Positions 1 through 14,188 of a stretch of 64,000 nucleotides of DNA are shown one piece after another (position 1 is the first letter of the stretch; the number at the start of each line of letters is the position of its first letter). The notes below the pieces were generated by a model, which searched no databases, had not been told where the DNA came from, and saw only the letters and a program-made list of their open reading frames with translations. Where the stretch lies: NCBI RefSeq assembly GCF_009914755.1, contig NC_060926.1. The stretch is one strand, 5' to 3'. The position numbers and the translations under genes are program-made. The DNA is from the human T2T-CHM13v2.0 reference genome, Homo sapiens.

Positions 1-77
1 GACACCTGGATATTCAATGAAAAGGCCGGGAGAGGATTTGAAGGGGACCAGACAGGCCTTCAAAAAAACGTTTAAAA

Positions 78-1125
78 AAGAACTGCTGTATGATCCAGCA
101 ATCCTACTTCTGGGCATATATCCAAAACAATTGAAGTTAATGTGTTGAAGAGAAGAGATATCTGAATTCCCATGTTCATTGCAGCATTATTCACAATAGC
201 AAAGGTATGGAAGCAAGCTAAGTGTCTATCAACAGATAAAGAAAGAAAATGTGGTATATATACACAATGGAATATTATTCTGTTTTTAAATAGAAGGACA
301 TCATTCTTTTATTTTTATTTTTTTAAATTTTTATTTATTCTTTTTTTTTTCTTTTTTTTTTTTGAGACGGAGTCTCACTCTGTCACCCAGGCTGGAGTGC
401 AGTGACACAATCTCGGCTCACCGCAAGCTCTGCCTCCTGAGTTCATGCCATTCTCCCGCCTCAGCCTCCAGAGTAGCTGGGACTAGAGGCACCTGCCATC
501 AGGCCCAGTTAATTTTTATTTTTATTTTTTGTATTTTTAGTAGAGATGGGGTGCACCATGTTAGCCAGGATGGTCTCAATCTCCTGACCTTGTGATCCTC
601 TCGCCTCGGCCTCCCAAAGTGCTGGGATTACAGGCGTGAGCCACCTCACCCAGCCAATAGAAGGAAATTCTATCATTTATGAAAACATGAATGAACCTGG
701 AGGACATTATGCTAAGTGAAATAAGCCAGGGAAAGAAACACAAGTATGACATGTTCTCACTTATATGTGGAATCTAAAAAATTCAAACATATGGAAGCAG
801 AGAGAGTAGAGTGGTAATTACCAGAGGCTGAGGGGTAGGAGGTGGATAGGGAAATGTAGGTTATAAGGTACATAGTTTCAGTTAGACAGAAGAAATAAGT
901 CTGTGAGACCTATTGCATAGCAGAGTGACTACAATTAATAATGTATAGTATATTTCAAAATTGCTAAGAGCAGATTTCAAATATCTAACCACAAAAAATA
1001 ATAAGTGAGATGATGGATATGTTAACTAGCTTGATTTAATCATTCCACATTGTATTCTTACATCCAAACATCACATTGTACCCCAGACATATTTACAATC
1101 ATTACCTGTCAATTAAAAATAGTAT
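78..1125 (+). mobile_element. Old L1 3' end (L1MA/L1MB-like), interrupted by an Alu
   Basis: ORF2 C-terminal remnant ([15 protein letters not shown]...) followed by L1M-type 3' UTR motifs (gaacctggaggacattatgctaagtgaaataagcc; gttaactagcttgatttaatcattccac). Confidence 0.85.
307..655 (-). mobile_element. Alu (AluY/Sc-like)
   Basis: Poly-T then gagacggagtctc...cccaaagtgctgggattacaggcgtgagccac; aatagaagga occurs on both flanks (degenerate TSD). Confidence 0.95.
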
Positions 1126-2709
1126 TAATTCTAAAAGAAAGCAAATCAATTAAAAAGAAAAGAAAGCAAACCAGGGCAAAGCCTGTCTCCATTCTGTAAC
1201 CTCCTTCCACCTCCCTCTAGCTGGCACCCCATCCCCTTCCAGATGTCCAGTACTTTCCTCCTACCTCACTTCTTTCTACCTACCTCACCTCAGGGAAACT
1301 AGGAAAATACCTCACAAAGGTCACTTTCAGCAGAGTGTGCAAGTCCAGGGCTTCTTTCACATCGGAATTGTGTGCTAAGCTTTATCTCTGATGAGCAATA
1401 AAAGGCCCTCTGTCCATTCAAGGGATTTTAAGTACAGAGGAAATGAAATAGAAGATTACAAGTGCCACATAAGTAAGTCACAGTCAATAATCAAAGATTG
1501 CTCTGCCTACAGCTAAAGCTGGCCTCAACTCAAGCTATGGAAAATAATTCAGTCTCCTTTTAATTAACCATTATCACTCACAGCCTAAAAATTATCACTC
1601 AGAGCATGAGATATTATTATAAACAGAAATGGAGACTATGTACTAATTCTATGTCACAGCCTGAAAGCTCCTTTTTTGGGAAAACCATGATATTAAGCTG
1701 TAATATCCTCGTTTGATCTGTTCTCCTCAAGTTGAAGCAACACAATTCTAACTGACTGAGGAATGCAGTAAAATGGTGCTTTCTCTAGTTTCAGCTCCTT
1801 CCTGTGATCCGAAGCTATAGAGGTCTCCACCTATTTTTTATTTACAAAACTCATTAACCAACAAACCAAACATGGTCTCCCATCCAGCTGACCTGAAAAC
1901 CCTCCTGATTTCAACTTGATAAGAAACATTGAATTAATTAAATCTAAGCACGGGTTGTCCTGAACTGAGACAATGGCTCCCTCTGTGAGAACTGCAAACA
2001 CAAACCTCAGAAGCTTTTTATGGCCAGGTTAGCATGAACAGCTGTCCCCTCAGCTGCCTTTCAATTAGTTGAGAAGGTGGAGGCTGCCTGCTAAGTCAGG
2101 TTTGGGATGCACTGAGGCTCTACCAGTGGATGTGGTGTATAATGAGCGGGGCCCATTGCCGAGCAGTTGGTTCTGCAGCACGCAGTTGAGGGAATCGAAT
2201 ACCACAGGGCTCCTGCCCCCATCTGCATCCCCTCTCTTCCTTGGCTTGCTGCATCCAATACCATTCCCATCAGCACAAAAAAAAAGAAATACACAATGAA
2301 AGATGAGACACACACCTGTCTGCTTTAACTCTGGGTTTTAAAAAGGGGCTCTCCTAACAGGGAGCCAAGGCATCGGAGTGACACAGAGAGGTCAGGCAAG
2401 TGAAGGCCATAGTCCTTGAAGGCCTGACCCCAAGAAGGGTACCCTTCATCCATGGTTTAGCCTTGGCAGATCACAGCCCTTCTCATTTTACAACCTGGGA
2501 GCCGGGTGATGATGCATTGAAAGGGTGGTGACTGTAAGAATAACAGTTCAAAGTGAGAGCATTAGAGCCAGGCTGCAGGCGCAGGGGAGTTAGAAAGGTG
2601 GGCCTGAATCTCAATGTATTTGGCACTTAGCTCGTAATTGGATAGAGAGATCCTCAACCCTGTTGAAGCAGAGATTACAATATTAGTACCAAGTATTGAG
2701 CATCTATTG

Positions 2710-2880
2710 TGTCCCAGATTTTTAAATATACTACATGTAGTTATGACTCAGGTATTAGTAATCCTTGTTTTATCAGATGAGGAAACTAGGGCTCAAAAGG
2801 TGAAGTAGCTCTCTCAAAGTCACACAGGGAGCAAGAGCTGAAGGAGGCCTTCAGACCCAGACCTGCCTGCATGTGATCTG
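2710..2880 (-). mobile_element. MIR fragment
   Basis: MIR core-like ttttatcagatgaggaaactagggctca...aaagtcacaca. Confidence 0.7.
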
Positions 2881-3479
2881 TGTATGAGAGCAAACTGTCA
2901 CAATCCTCAGCAAACACAAACTCATGGGCATTCTGAAGTCCAGAGAGAGGTCCCAGTGTTCTTGTCAACTCAACCTTCTAGAAGGTTTATTTGGGGATAT
3001 GTGCTTTTAAAAGGAAGTAAACAGATGATGGCAGGATAAGAAAACAGGCTCTCTTCTGAGCCTAATTGCAATTAGCAAATAACCTCAGCCTCAAATTATG
3101 ATGTATTTAGCACCAGAAATTAAATTCATTAATTATTGTGCAGCCAACACTGAAATCTTGCAGCAAGTCTATCCTCTGAATAAAATATTTTCAAATTAAT
3201 AGTGAGATTATTCCTTCTTATTAACAATTTAATAGTTATGTGTTAACCATTTTTAATTAAGTAAAAAAGAAAAAGGTCAGTAAGAGAATTGGAAGATATT
3301 CAAATCAGGAGTACCCTGGGTTGGAAAGCAACAGAATTGAGACCTCTAGAAAGAGCTATCTTCTGTCTTCCAGGAGTTCAAGCATGAGACAGACAGTTGA
3401 GCCTATCCTTAGTCCAGTAAATTTGCCACTTTACAAATTTAAAACTTGAAATTTGCAAGTATATTTGTATGCCTATATT

Positions 3480-3990
3480 CTCATTCATGTATTAATTATC
3501 GTTCCCTTTCATTCAGTGATAAACACATGTGTATAGAGTGTGTCAGGCACTGTGCTAGACTCTGGGGATTCAAGGTACAACAAGACGTAGTGCTTGTCCA
3601 CAGGAGATCAGTCTAGTCAGATAATAGGCACAAAAATTTAAAGTAGGTACACTATGTGGTAAGGATAGAGCTATGCAAAGAATGTTGTAAGAGCTTAGAG
3701 GAGGATTTGGGGGAGTAGACCGAGGTAAACCAGAAAAACCTCATGGAGGAGGTGATGTTTGAACCAGATCTTTAAAGATCATAACAGCCACTGCAAGGAA
3801 GAGGGAAGAAAGAAGAGGAAGTCACTTCAAAGAGACAGCAGAGCGTGAAAACATCCAGGTAGGTTAGAAGCAAGGTCATGTGCATCATGCGGCTCCTACA
3901 ATCAGTTTGGTAGGCAAGCAATGAGACTGGGGGCAGAGAGCTAAGCAAAGACAGCATGGAGGGTCTTGCATTACTGAATGTTAATGAATC
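3480..3990 (-). mobile_element. L2 3' region
   Basis: tcattc-like repeats then tgtcaggcactgtgctagactctgggga, typical of the L2 3' end read antisense. Confidence 0.65.
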
Positions 3991-4579
3991 TTAACTTTAT
4001 CTCATCAAACACTTTTCCATCATAATATTTGCCAGTCAGTAAACAAATTGGTAATTTACAACCAGGAGAGAGATGGTTCATAAGTGAGATATTACAGATA
4101 AAGTTTAAATAACTAAGGTTTTTTTATATGATTAACTGTTTTGATACACTACAAGTTCAAAGTTAGTCCTGTAATAACATTCATAATCCTCAGTTACTAA
4201 CATACTGATATGTCTTCTTGAATGGGAGAAAAAGAGGAAGTTATAGCCAACAAGCCAAGAAGTGGGCACAACAGAACCAAGCCATTTATGGGAAGATGTG
4301 ACATATGAACAGAGCTCATTATGCAACTTTGTGAAGTAAACGTTGCCAATGGACTATAGTAGTGGTGGAGAGTCCCTGAGGGGCTACAGCAGAGTTTTAT
4401 CGGTGCGCTTTTCTTGATAAAGTTATGAATTGTCAGTTTGCCATCTCCACCCGCAATGCACTTCTCACCACCATGACCACTCCTCCAAAAGTGAATCTCA
4501 GCATCTAGAACAATACCTAGGTCTGAAAGATGTTTGATATATGTTGATTGTTTCTAGCACCAATCATCTGCTGTCTGGT

Positions 4580-4900
4580 GCGTGGCTTGTTATACAGCAC
4601 CATATAATGGCAATAGATAACTGATTTAAGAAGTTGATACTGAAAGTGAGGTCTGATATGGCAATAACCTACAGTGTATGGAATTTGTTGTGGAAACAGA
4701 CATTAGGGAGCAAATAAACTGTTATAGGAGGCTAAAAATGCTCAGGAGACCATTTTTAGGACGCTGGAAATATCACAAGAAACTGTTAGATAAGGCTGGC
4801 AAAATGGCAAGAAAGTCACTATAGGAAGACAGAAAAATAGTGACCCACGTTGTGGCACAGTGAAATATTTGGTAATCTCATATCCTTTGACTAAAGGAAT
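4580..4900 (+). mobile_element. MLT1 LTR end plus MLT1-internal fragment
   Basis: ttgttatacagca...ggcaatagataactga (LTR end) followed by recurring aactgttataggaggct-like internal motifs. Confidence 0.55.
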
Positions 4901-5195
4901 TACATTCATAAGTAAGCCCAACCACAAAGACAGCTCAAATTAATAGCATCAGTTCCAGAACCAAATATCTGTGCAAAGCTGTCATCTCCCTTGGATGGCT
5001 GACTTGTTTAACAAGAAGGTCAAAATCCTTATAAACTTTCTGACACAGTACTTTGTGTAGCAAAATCTCTGGGATAAGGGTCTTTCAGGAAAAAAGGCAT
5101 CCAGTCCTTGTCCTGTCACTATCTATGTTAAGACTTGCCCCCGACTTCTCTTTGCCCCAGCTATTTCATCTGTAACATGGGGATTAAGGAGATGA

Positions 5196-5499
<304 letters not shown>

Positions 5500-5579
5500 T
5501 GAACTTAAATCTTTTCACCGACTGAGTATAAAAAGCAAACTGCAGCCAGCAACCAGATAAATTTGTCACTGACTAACAG

Positions 5580-6250
5580 AAGAAAGATTGGCTGTAATCT
5601 AGAAATAATTGCCTTGAATGAGATAACACACCAGCAAACAAAAGCTTACCTGTGCACAAAGAAAAATTTTTAAAAAATCAACATGGAATCTAACAAAAAT
5701 TCTGAGATGGATACAGGAAAGAAACAAGTAAAAGCTAAAGACAGACTATTTCTGAAAGATAAGGAACATTTGAGGCAACAATTGCCTTCCACTTTCAAAA
5801 AGAATAAAAGACAAATGATACTTTATTTTTTAAAAAAATATCTAATACAAGAGATTACAGAATGGGTAAAATGGAGGCTGAGGAGCTAAGGAAGAAAATT
5901 AAGCAGAAGAAAAATATCATTGCAGAAATTTAGACTGAATTAAAAGAAAAAGTATACCATACAAAATGTCAAAGAAAGTAGAGAGAATCAAAAATGTGTA
6001 AGAAAAAAACAACAAAAAAAATAGAAATACAAAATAAAGATAATTGGTGTTTCCTAAAAGACAATAGAGTAAAAGAAAAAATAAACATCAAAGATACATG
6101 CTAATCATAACCAACTATATTTAGAACAAAAAAATTAAAAAGTTATTTTTTACCAGATAATAGAATTTTGTGTGATTTTTGTTACTTTTCCCCTATTTAA
6201 ATGTCATACTTTTTTACAATGTTAAAAAACTCTTCATGGTTATAAAAAGC
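5580..6250 (+). mobile_element. Highly decayed L1M fragment
   Basis: A-rich, strand-biased sequence resembling the old L1 ORF1 coiled-coil region. Confidence 0.45.
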
Positions 6251-7830
6251 AAAGTCTTAACTTGAAGCCTGAGCACCTTGCTCCAAGATGTTCTGAGGAC
6301 TCTATCAAAAGCAAATCAGATCATTGTAAAATGACAGTGACTTCAATAAAAGTAGTCTTTGTTCAGTGCTGAGATAGTGTTCCTGGATCGGCCACGCAAT
6401 TTCTTCTTTAAAATAATAAAGATTTTGAAATGTTATTGTCAAACTCAGTTTTTCTTCCAAAATAGATGCAGCTGATGCCCCTTTACTAACACCTATACCA
6501 AAAAGATTGTGCCAAAATTTCTAGAACCCATATTACCCTAGCATTTAGCACACAAATTTCTTAATTGTATCTTTTCTTCTCTCTAGAAGCGGAGATGAAA
6601 GCTTCAGCGGTCAGAGGCAGTGTTGTAAACTTCTCTTGCTTTTCTCACAGTGCCTAGCATAAACAAGGGACAGAAGTGGTTCTCTAAATCTTTCTGAATT
6701 AGATACTGGTCCATCTGGGAAGCAAATGCCAGTATCAAGCCAGTCACAAGTGTCTCTACTTCAAATACAGGACAACACGGTACTTTCTGATCCTACATGG
6801 AAGTAAAACTCTCTGGTCTTATCTAAATCCCCAAAAAGCCATCAGCTTTGTTTTACCTCAAGTATGAATAATAAAAAAAAATGCATATTGCATGGTCCAA
6901 TTCTGTTCCTTTGCAAAATACAATAAGTAAAGACCAATGACAATGGAGCAGCCTTGCTCTGCAAACCTTTTGATGGAATAGACTGAAACTATTAGGTGCA
7001 GTCACTAAGTTTCATACTCACAGAAGGCTCCTTCTCAAAAGGAGTTCAGGAGTAATCTGATGTCCTTACTTTTTCAATTTCAGGCAGGTGGGAGCTGGTG
7101 GGCTTCATTTGTCAGGGAACAAATTATACTTCAGTTCAAAGAAGAAAGCAATTTATTGTTTCAAGAGATAGTCTCACATGAAATTTATCCAGCTGTCCAA
7201 GGTAAAGGTGGAGGTTCTCACCCATACCAAGCAGCAGGAATGAACATGAAATGAGATGACACAAAGAGAAACCACAGGTTGACTGCAAGTATTAAACACC
7301 TGACCCCAAACAAGGGATTCAATACACAATAAAATAATTAAAATAATTTGTAGGATGGCCTCCTCCTTTGTACCCTCCTCAACCCAAAGTGGTCAAGGAG
7401 ATTAGTAAGTGCTCTATACACATTCAGAAAGGTAAATGGATTTCTCAGAGTGGGAAAAACAGACCTTTCATGATTTCAGCATTTACTGAAGGACTATTTT
7501 GTGTAGTGTTTTTTTCCTGTAAGTTATGAGTCAGATGGACCTCCATTCGTGGCATCAGAAAAAAGTCTGTATATTTCTTGAGTGATTAGATGAATGACTA
7601 TAACCTCAGTTCTAATATTTCTTTCTAACCTAAAATACCCCCCTCCTATAAGCCACGTCATTAGCTCCCTTAGAATGTAATTCAAGTAGAAGTTCCTCAG
7701 GTAGTATCCCACATTATTCCCTTCTTTTCCCTTCTGTAGTCCTTTCAATCCCTCAGACACTTATAAAAATGAAGCATAAATTGTGATGACATTGTGCATT
7801 ACCTATAAATATTCAAACCAAAAACAAAAG

Positions 7831-8240
7831 GTCTTAGTCAGCTCAGGCTGCCATTAAAAAAATACTTTAGACTGGGTAGCTTAAACAATAGAAATATATT
7901 TCTAAAAGGTTTGGAAGCTGGAGGTCCAAGATCAGGGTGCCAGCGTGGTCAGGTTCTGGTGAGGCCTTTTTCCTGGCTGGGAAATGCCTGTTTTCTCCAC
8001 AGAGAGAGGAAGAGAGGGAGAGAGGGAAAGAATGAAGGAAAGAGAGAATGAGAGGAGAGAGAGAGAACGCTTGCTCTGTGTGTCTTACAAGGACACCAAT
8101 GCCGTTGAATCAGGGCCATATCCTTATGACCTCATTTAACTTTAATTACCTCCTTATAGGCTCCATCTTTCAATATAGTCACATTAGGGGGTTAGGGCTT
8201 CAATGTATGAATTTTGAGAGGACACAATTAAATCCTTAGA
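7831..8240 (-). mobile_element. MLT1A/B-like solo LTR (ERVL-MaLR)
   Basis: gtcttagtcagctcaggctgcc...gactgggtagcttaaacaatagaaat...ccaagatcagggtgccagc...ggttagggcttcaa. Confidence 0.85.
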
Positions 8241-9329
8241 AAATAGGAAATTTAGAATTCTATTTACACTTATATTTTGGAAAAGAAATATTCAATATAC
8301 AAAATACAAACCTGCACATGAAAGAGTAGAGCAGGATGAGTCTTCACCAGAAAATGCAGGATGAAATGGTCATATATACTTGTGGGAATGCAAAGTGTGT
8401 CTTCACTTATTTATAGGCACTAATACCTTACAGGAAAGCATCAAGACTTAAAATCGTTATCCAACATTCAAAGGCATATTTATTTAACATTTACTTAGTT
8501 CACTTACTTATATTTTTCAATACCTATCTTATTTAAGACTCTAAGCTAGATGTTGAGAGAATAAAAAGATTAAATAAGACCCAGTCTGGGGACTTACACT
8601 ATAAATGGAGAGAAGTGTATAAATGTTTGCAATGCTTGCAATAGAACATATAATTAACTAATTCAATAAATATGGTTTGTATACCATGATTTGCCTGGCA
8701 CAATGCCAAGTATTGGAGCGATATGTAAAAACGTGTGGCAAACACCCTGAACTCAGGGAGTTCAGAGACTAGCCTAGGAATTTTAATACATGCGTAAGAG
8801 AGATACAAAGTACAGTTGAACTGAGTTGGAGGTTGGGGGTTGGAGGGAGATCAGTTATTTTATGGTATCAGAGAAGCCTTCATTAAAGAGGTTAAAATAA
8901 TACTAAGCCTTGACTGTAAAAATGTAAAACAATCTCCATCACAAATTGGCTGGCCATTCACTCTTCCTAACTGCAGGCATAAACCAGTTTCCAGTCCTCA
9001 GCAGTGATGTCTGTATCTTTGTTGGCTACATATTCTTAAGTATGCCTGACCTATTTCCTACATCAGTCTCTAAGCTCCTATGGTCAAATCCTCTGAAATA
9101 TTTATCAAAGTATTTTCATAAGCACAGATCCTACTGGGAGATTTTCAACATCTGTAGAGTGAGCAGATTATCAATTAAAACCAGAGTTTGCAAATTCATT
9201 TTTGGCAGAGTCACAGACTATATAATCTAAAGAACTATTGCCCTAAAACAACTATATCCCAGATAAAATATTATTTTTAATGCATTACTAGGTCTTCAGG
9301 AAAAAATGGAAATCTCCAGGGCCCTCACA

Positions 9330-10510
9330 CCTCTACCAAAGCTGAAAGCAGGTCTGGAAGTAATCAGCAGGCTTTTAGAATGGGGTTGCCTCAAGAGCAA
9401 ACATTTTAGCAATACTAAAGCAATATCTTGGTACAGCAGCAAAATGGGGACCTGAGTTTGAAACACTCACAATAAAGTCAGAGACCATTAAAGAGGGCAT
9501 TGTAGCTCCAAATTGTGAGAATCCCTTAGCAGAAGCCAATGGAATCTTCTGTGAAGAAAACCATGGACAATTTAGGCCCACATAGTTCCTAGAAAGTGAA
9601 ATTAAATAAATATAATACAGTCAAATATTACAAAAATACAAGAATACAAGCCATCATGAGTGAGACTCCATAGAAACAGCCATCAATATACTTAGATCTC
9701 TAAGAACTCTGAATTCTTTAATTATCAAATATAGACCAGAATGCAATTATGAATATAACATATAAAAAAACAAAAATTTGAATCATAAAAATGAAGAAGA
9801 AATGAGAAATTATGAGCTGAGCATTCCAAATCTGAAAATCCAAAATTCAAAATACTCCAAATTCTAAAACATTTTGAGCGCCAACAAGATGCTTAAAGGA
9901 AATGTTCACTGGAGCCTTTCAAATTTCAAATATTTGGATTTGGGATGCTCATTTGATAAGCATGACACAAATATTCCAAAATTCAAAACACTTTTTGTCC
10001 AAAGTATTTCTGATAAGGGATACTCAACCTGTAATAGAAATGGCCAGGTATGTTTGTAATTGCTTCCAGAAATGAAACCATTGTTGGAAAAAAGTCTAAG
10101 TTGGGGTTAAATATCCAATTACACGTAAGGAAGACGAAAAAAGTAGAGTGATAGAACTGGCCAATAACACAACACAAAAGGATGGGAAGCAGAAATAAGA
10201 AGTGAAAATATATGGAAAACAGAATGAGAAGATCTTACAGCCAATGAATCAGCTTCCCAACATGAAAAAATAGAAAAAAAAACAGGTAAGAGATGATATT
10301 TGAGAAGACAGTAATTGGGGATTAACACAAAACATAATGTATCCCAAGCAGAATAAATCAATCCATACCTAGACACATTATAGTAAAAACATGGAATATC
10401 AAGACAAAGAGAAGATATTAAAGTAGCCAGAGAGAAAAATAGGTAATACAAAGCTGGCAGCAAACTTCTCAACAACTATCAAAGCCAGAAAACAGTGCAA
10501 TAATACCTTT
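9330..10510 (+). mobile_element. Old L1M 5'/ORF1 region; probable host of the L1 nest
   Basis: ORF1-like motifs (cctagacacattatagtaaaa; gcaaacttctcaacaactatcaaagccagaaaacagtg). Confidence 0.6.
9813..10031 (+). mobile_element. Tigger4a/MER46A MITE
   Basis: tgagcattccaaatctgaaaatccaaaattc...gataagggatactcaacctg followed by TA; terminal inverted repeats recognisable. Confidence 0.85.
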
Positions 10511-12612
10511 TTCTTTAAAAAAAAAAACAAAAAAAAAAACTGTTATTTCAAGTTCAAGGGTACATGTGAAGGATGGGCAAGTTTGTTACATAGGTAAATG
10601 TATTTCATGAGGATGTTTTTGTGCAGATTATTTCACCCAGGTACTAAGCCTTGTATCTATTAGTTATTTTTTCTGATCCTTTCCCTCTTCTCACCCTCCA
10701 TACTCCATTGTGCCCCAGTTTATGTTGTTCCCCTCTATGTGTCCATATGCTCTCATTTAGCTCCCACTTATAAGTAAGAACATGCAGTATTTGGTTTTCT
10801 GTTCCTGCATTAGTTTGCTAACGATAATGACCTCCAGTTGCATCCATGTCCCTGCAAAAAACATGATCTTGCTCTTTTTTGTGGCTGCATGGTATTCCAT
10901 GGTGTATATGTACCACATTTTTTTACCCAGTTTATCATTGATGGGCATGTGGGTTGATTCCACGTCTTTGCTACTGTGAATAGTGTTGCAATGAACACAG
11001 GTCAAAGACACATGTGTGCATGTGTCTTTATAATATAATGACTTATATTCCTTTGGGCATATAACCAGTAATGAGATTGCTGGGTCGAATGGTATTTCCA
11101 TATTTAGGTCTTTGAGTAATTGCCACACTGTCTTCCACAATGGTTGAACTAATTTTTACTCCCACTGACAGTGTAAAAGTGTTCATTTTTTTTTTCCACA
11201 ACCTTGCAAGCATCTGGAACTTTTGGACTTTTTAATAATAGCCATTCTGATTTTGATGTTACAGTGTCAATTTTAGATCTTTCCTGCTTTCTTTTGTGGG
11301 CATTTAGTGCTATAAATTTTCCTCTAAACACTGCTTTAAATGTGTCCCAGAGATTCTGGTACATGTGTTTTAGTTCCCATTGGTTTCAAATAACATCTTT
11401 ATTTCTGCCTTAATTTCATTATTTACCCAGTAGTCACTCAGGAGAAGGTTGTTCAGTTTCCATGTAGTTGTGCGGTTTTGAGTGAGTTTGTTAATCCTGG
11501 GTTCTAATTTGATTACACTGTGGTCTGAGAGACTGTTTGTTACGATTTCTGTTCTTTTGCATTTGCTGGGGAGTGTTTTACTTCCAATGATGTGGTCAAT
11601 TTTAGAGTAAGTGTGATGAGGTGCTGAGAAGAATGTGTATTCTGTTGATTTGGGGTGGAGAGTTCTGTAGATGTCTATTAGGTCCGCTTGACCCAGAGCA
11701 GAGTTCAAGTCCTGAATATCCTTGTTAATTTTCTGTCTCATTGATCTGCCTAATATTGACAGTGGAGTGTTAAAGTCTCCCACTATTATTGTGTGGGAGT
11801 CTAAGTCTTTTTGTAGGTCTCTAAGAACTTGCTTTATGAATCTGGGTGCTCCTGTATTGGGTGCATATATATTTAGGATAGTTACCTCTTGTAACCATCA
11901 GGCCTGCCTTACAAGATGTCCTAAAGGAAGCACTAAATATCAAAAGGAAAAACCAATACCAGCCACTGCAAAAACATACCGAAATGTAAGCCTGCAGTAA
12001 CCACAACAGCATGGTACTGGTACCAAAACAGAGATACAGACCAATGGAACAGACAGAGGCCTCAGAAATAACACCACACATCTACAACTATCTGATCTTT
12101 GACACACCTGACAAAAACAAGCATTGGGGAAAGGATTCCATATTTAATAAATGTTGTTGGGAAAACTGGCTAGCCATATGCAGAAAACTGAAACTGGACC
12201 TCTTCCTTACACCTTACACAAAAATTAACTTAAGATAGATTAAAGACTTAAACATAAGACCTAAAACCATAAAAGCCCTAGAAGAAAACCTAGGCAATAC
12301 CATTCAGGACATAGGCATGGGCAAGGACTTCATGACTAAAACACCAAAAGCAATGGCAACAAAAGCCAAAATAGACAAATGGGATCTAATTAAACTTAAA
12401 GAGCTTCTACATGGCAAAAGAAACTACCAACAGAGTGAACAGACAACCTACAGAATGGGAAAAAAAAATTGCAATCTACTCATCTGACAAAGGGCTAATA
12501 TCCAGAATCTACAAAGAACTTAAGCAAATTTACAAGGAAAAAAAAACAAGCAACCCTATCAAAAAGTGGGGGAAGGATATGAACAGACACTTCTCCAAAG
12601 AAGACATCTATG

Positions 12613-14188
<1,576 letters not shown>

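Noticed and set aside
2065-2315. Overlapping 74-82-aa ORFs in unique, moderately GC-rich DNA
   Set aside because: No recognisable protein similarity and no convincing splice or promoter context.
7524-7640. Possible minus-strand terminal exon (LERNIRTEV...GPSDS stop)
   Set aside because: Weak polypyrimidine tract, no recognisable protein and no supporting exons.
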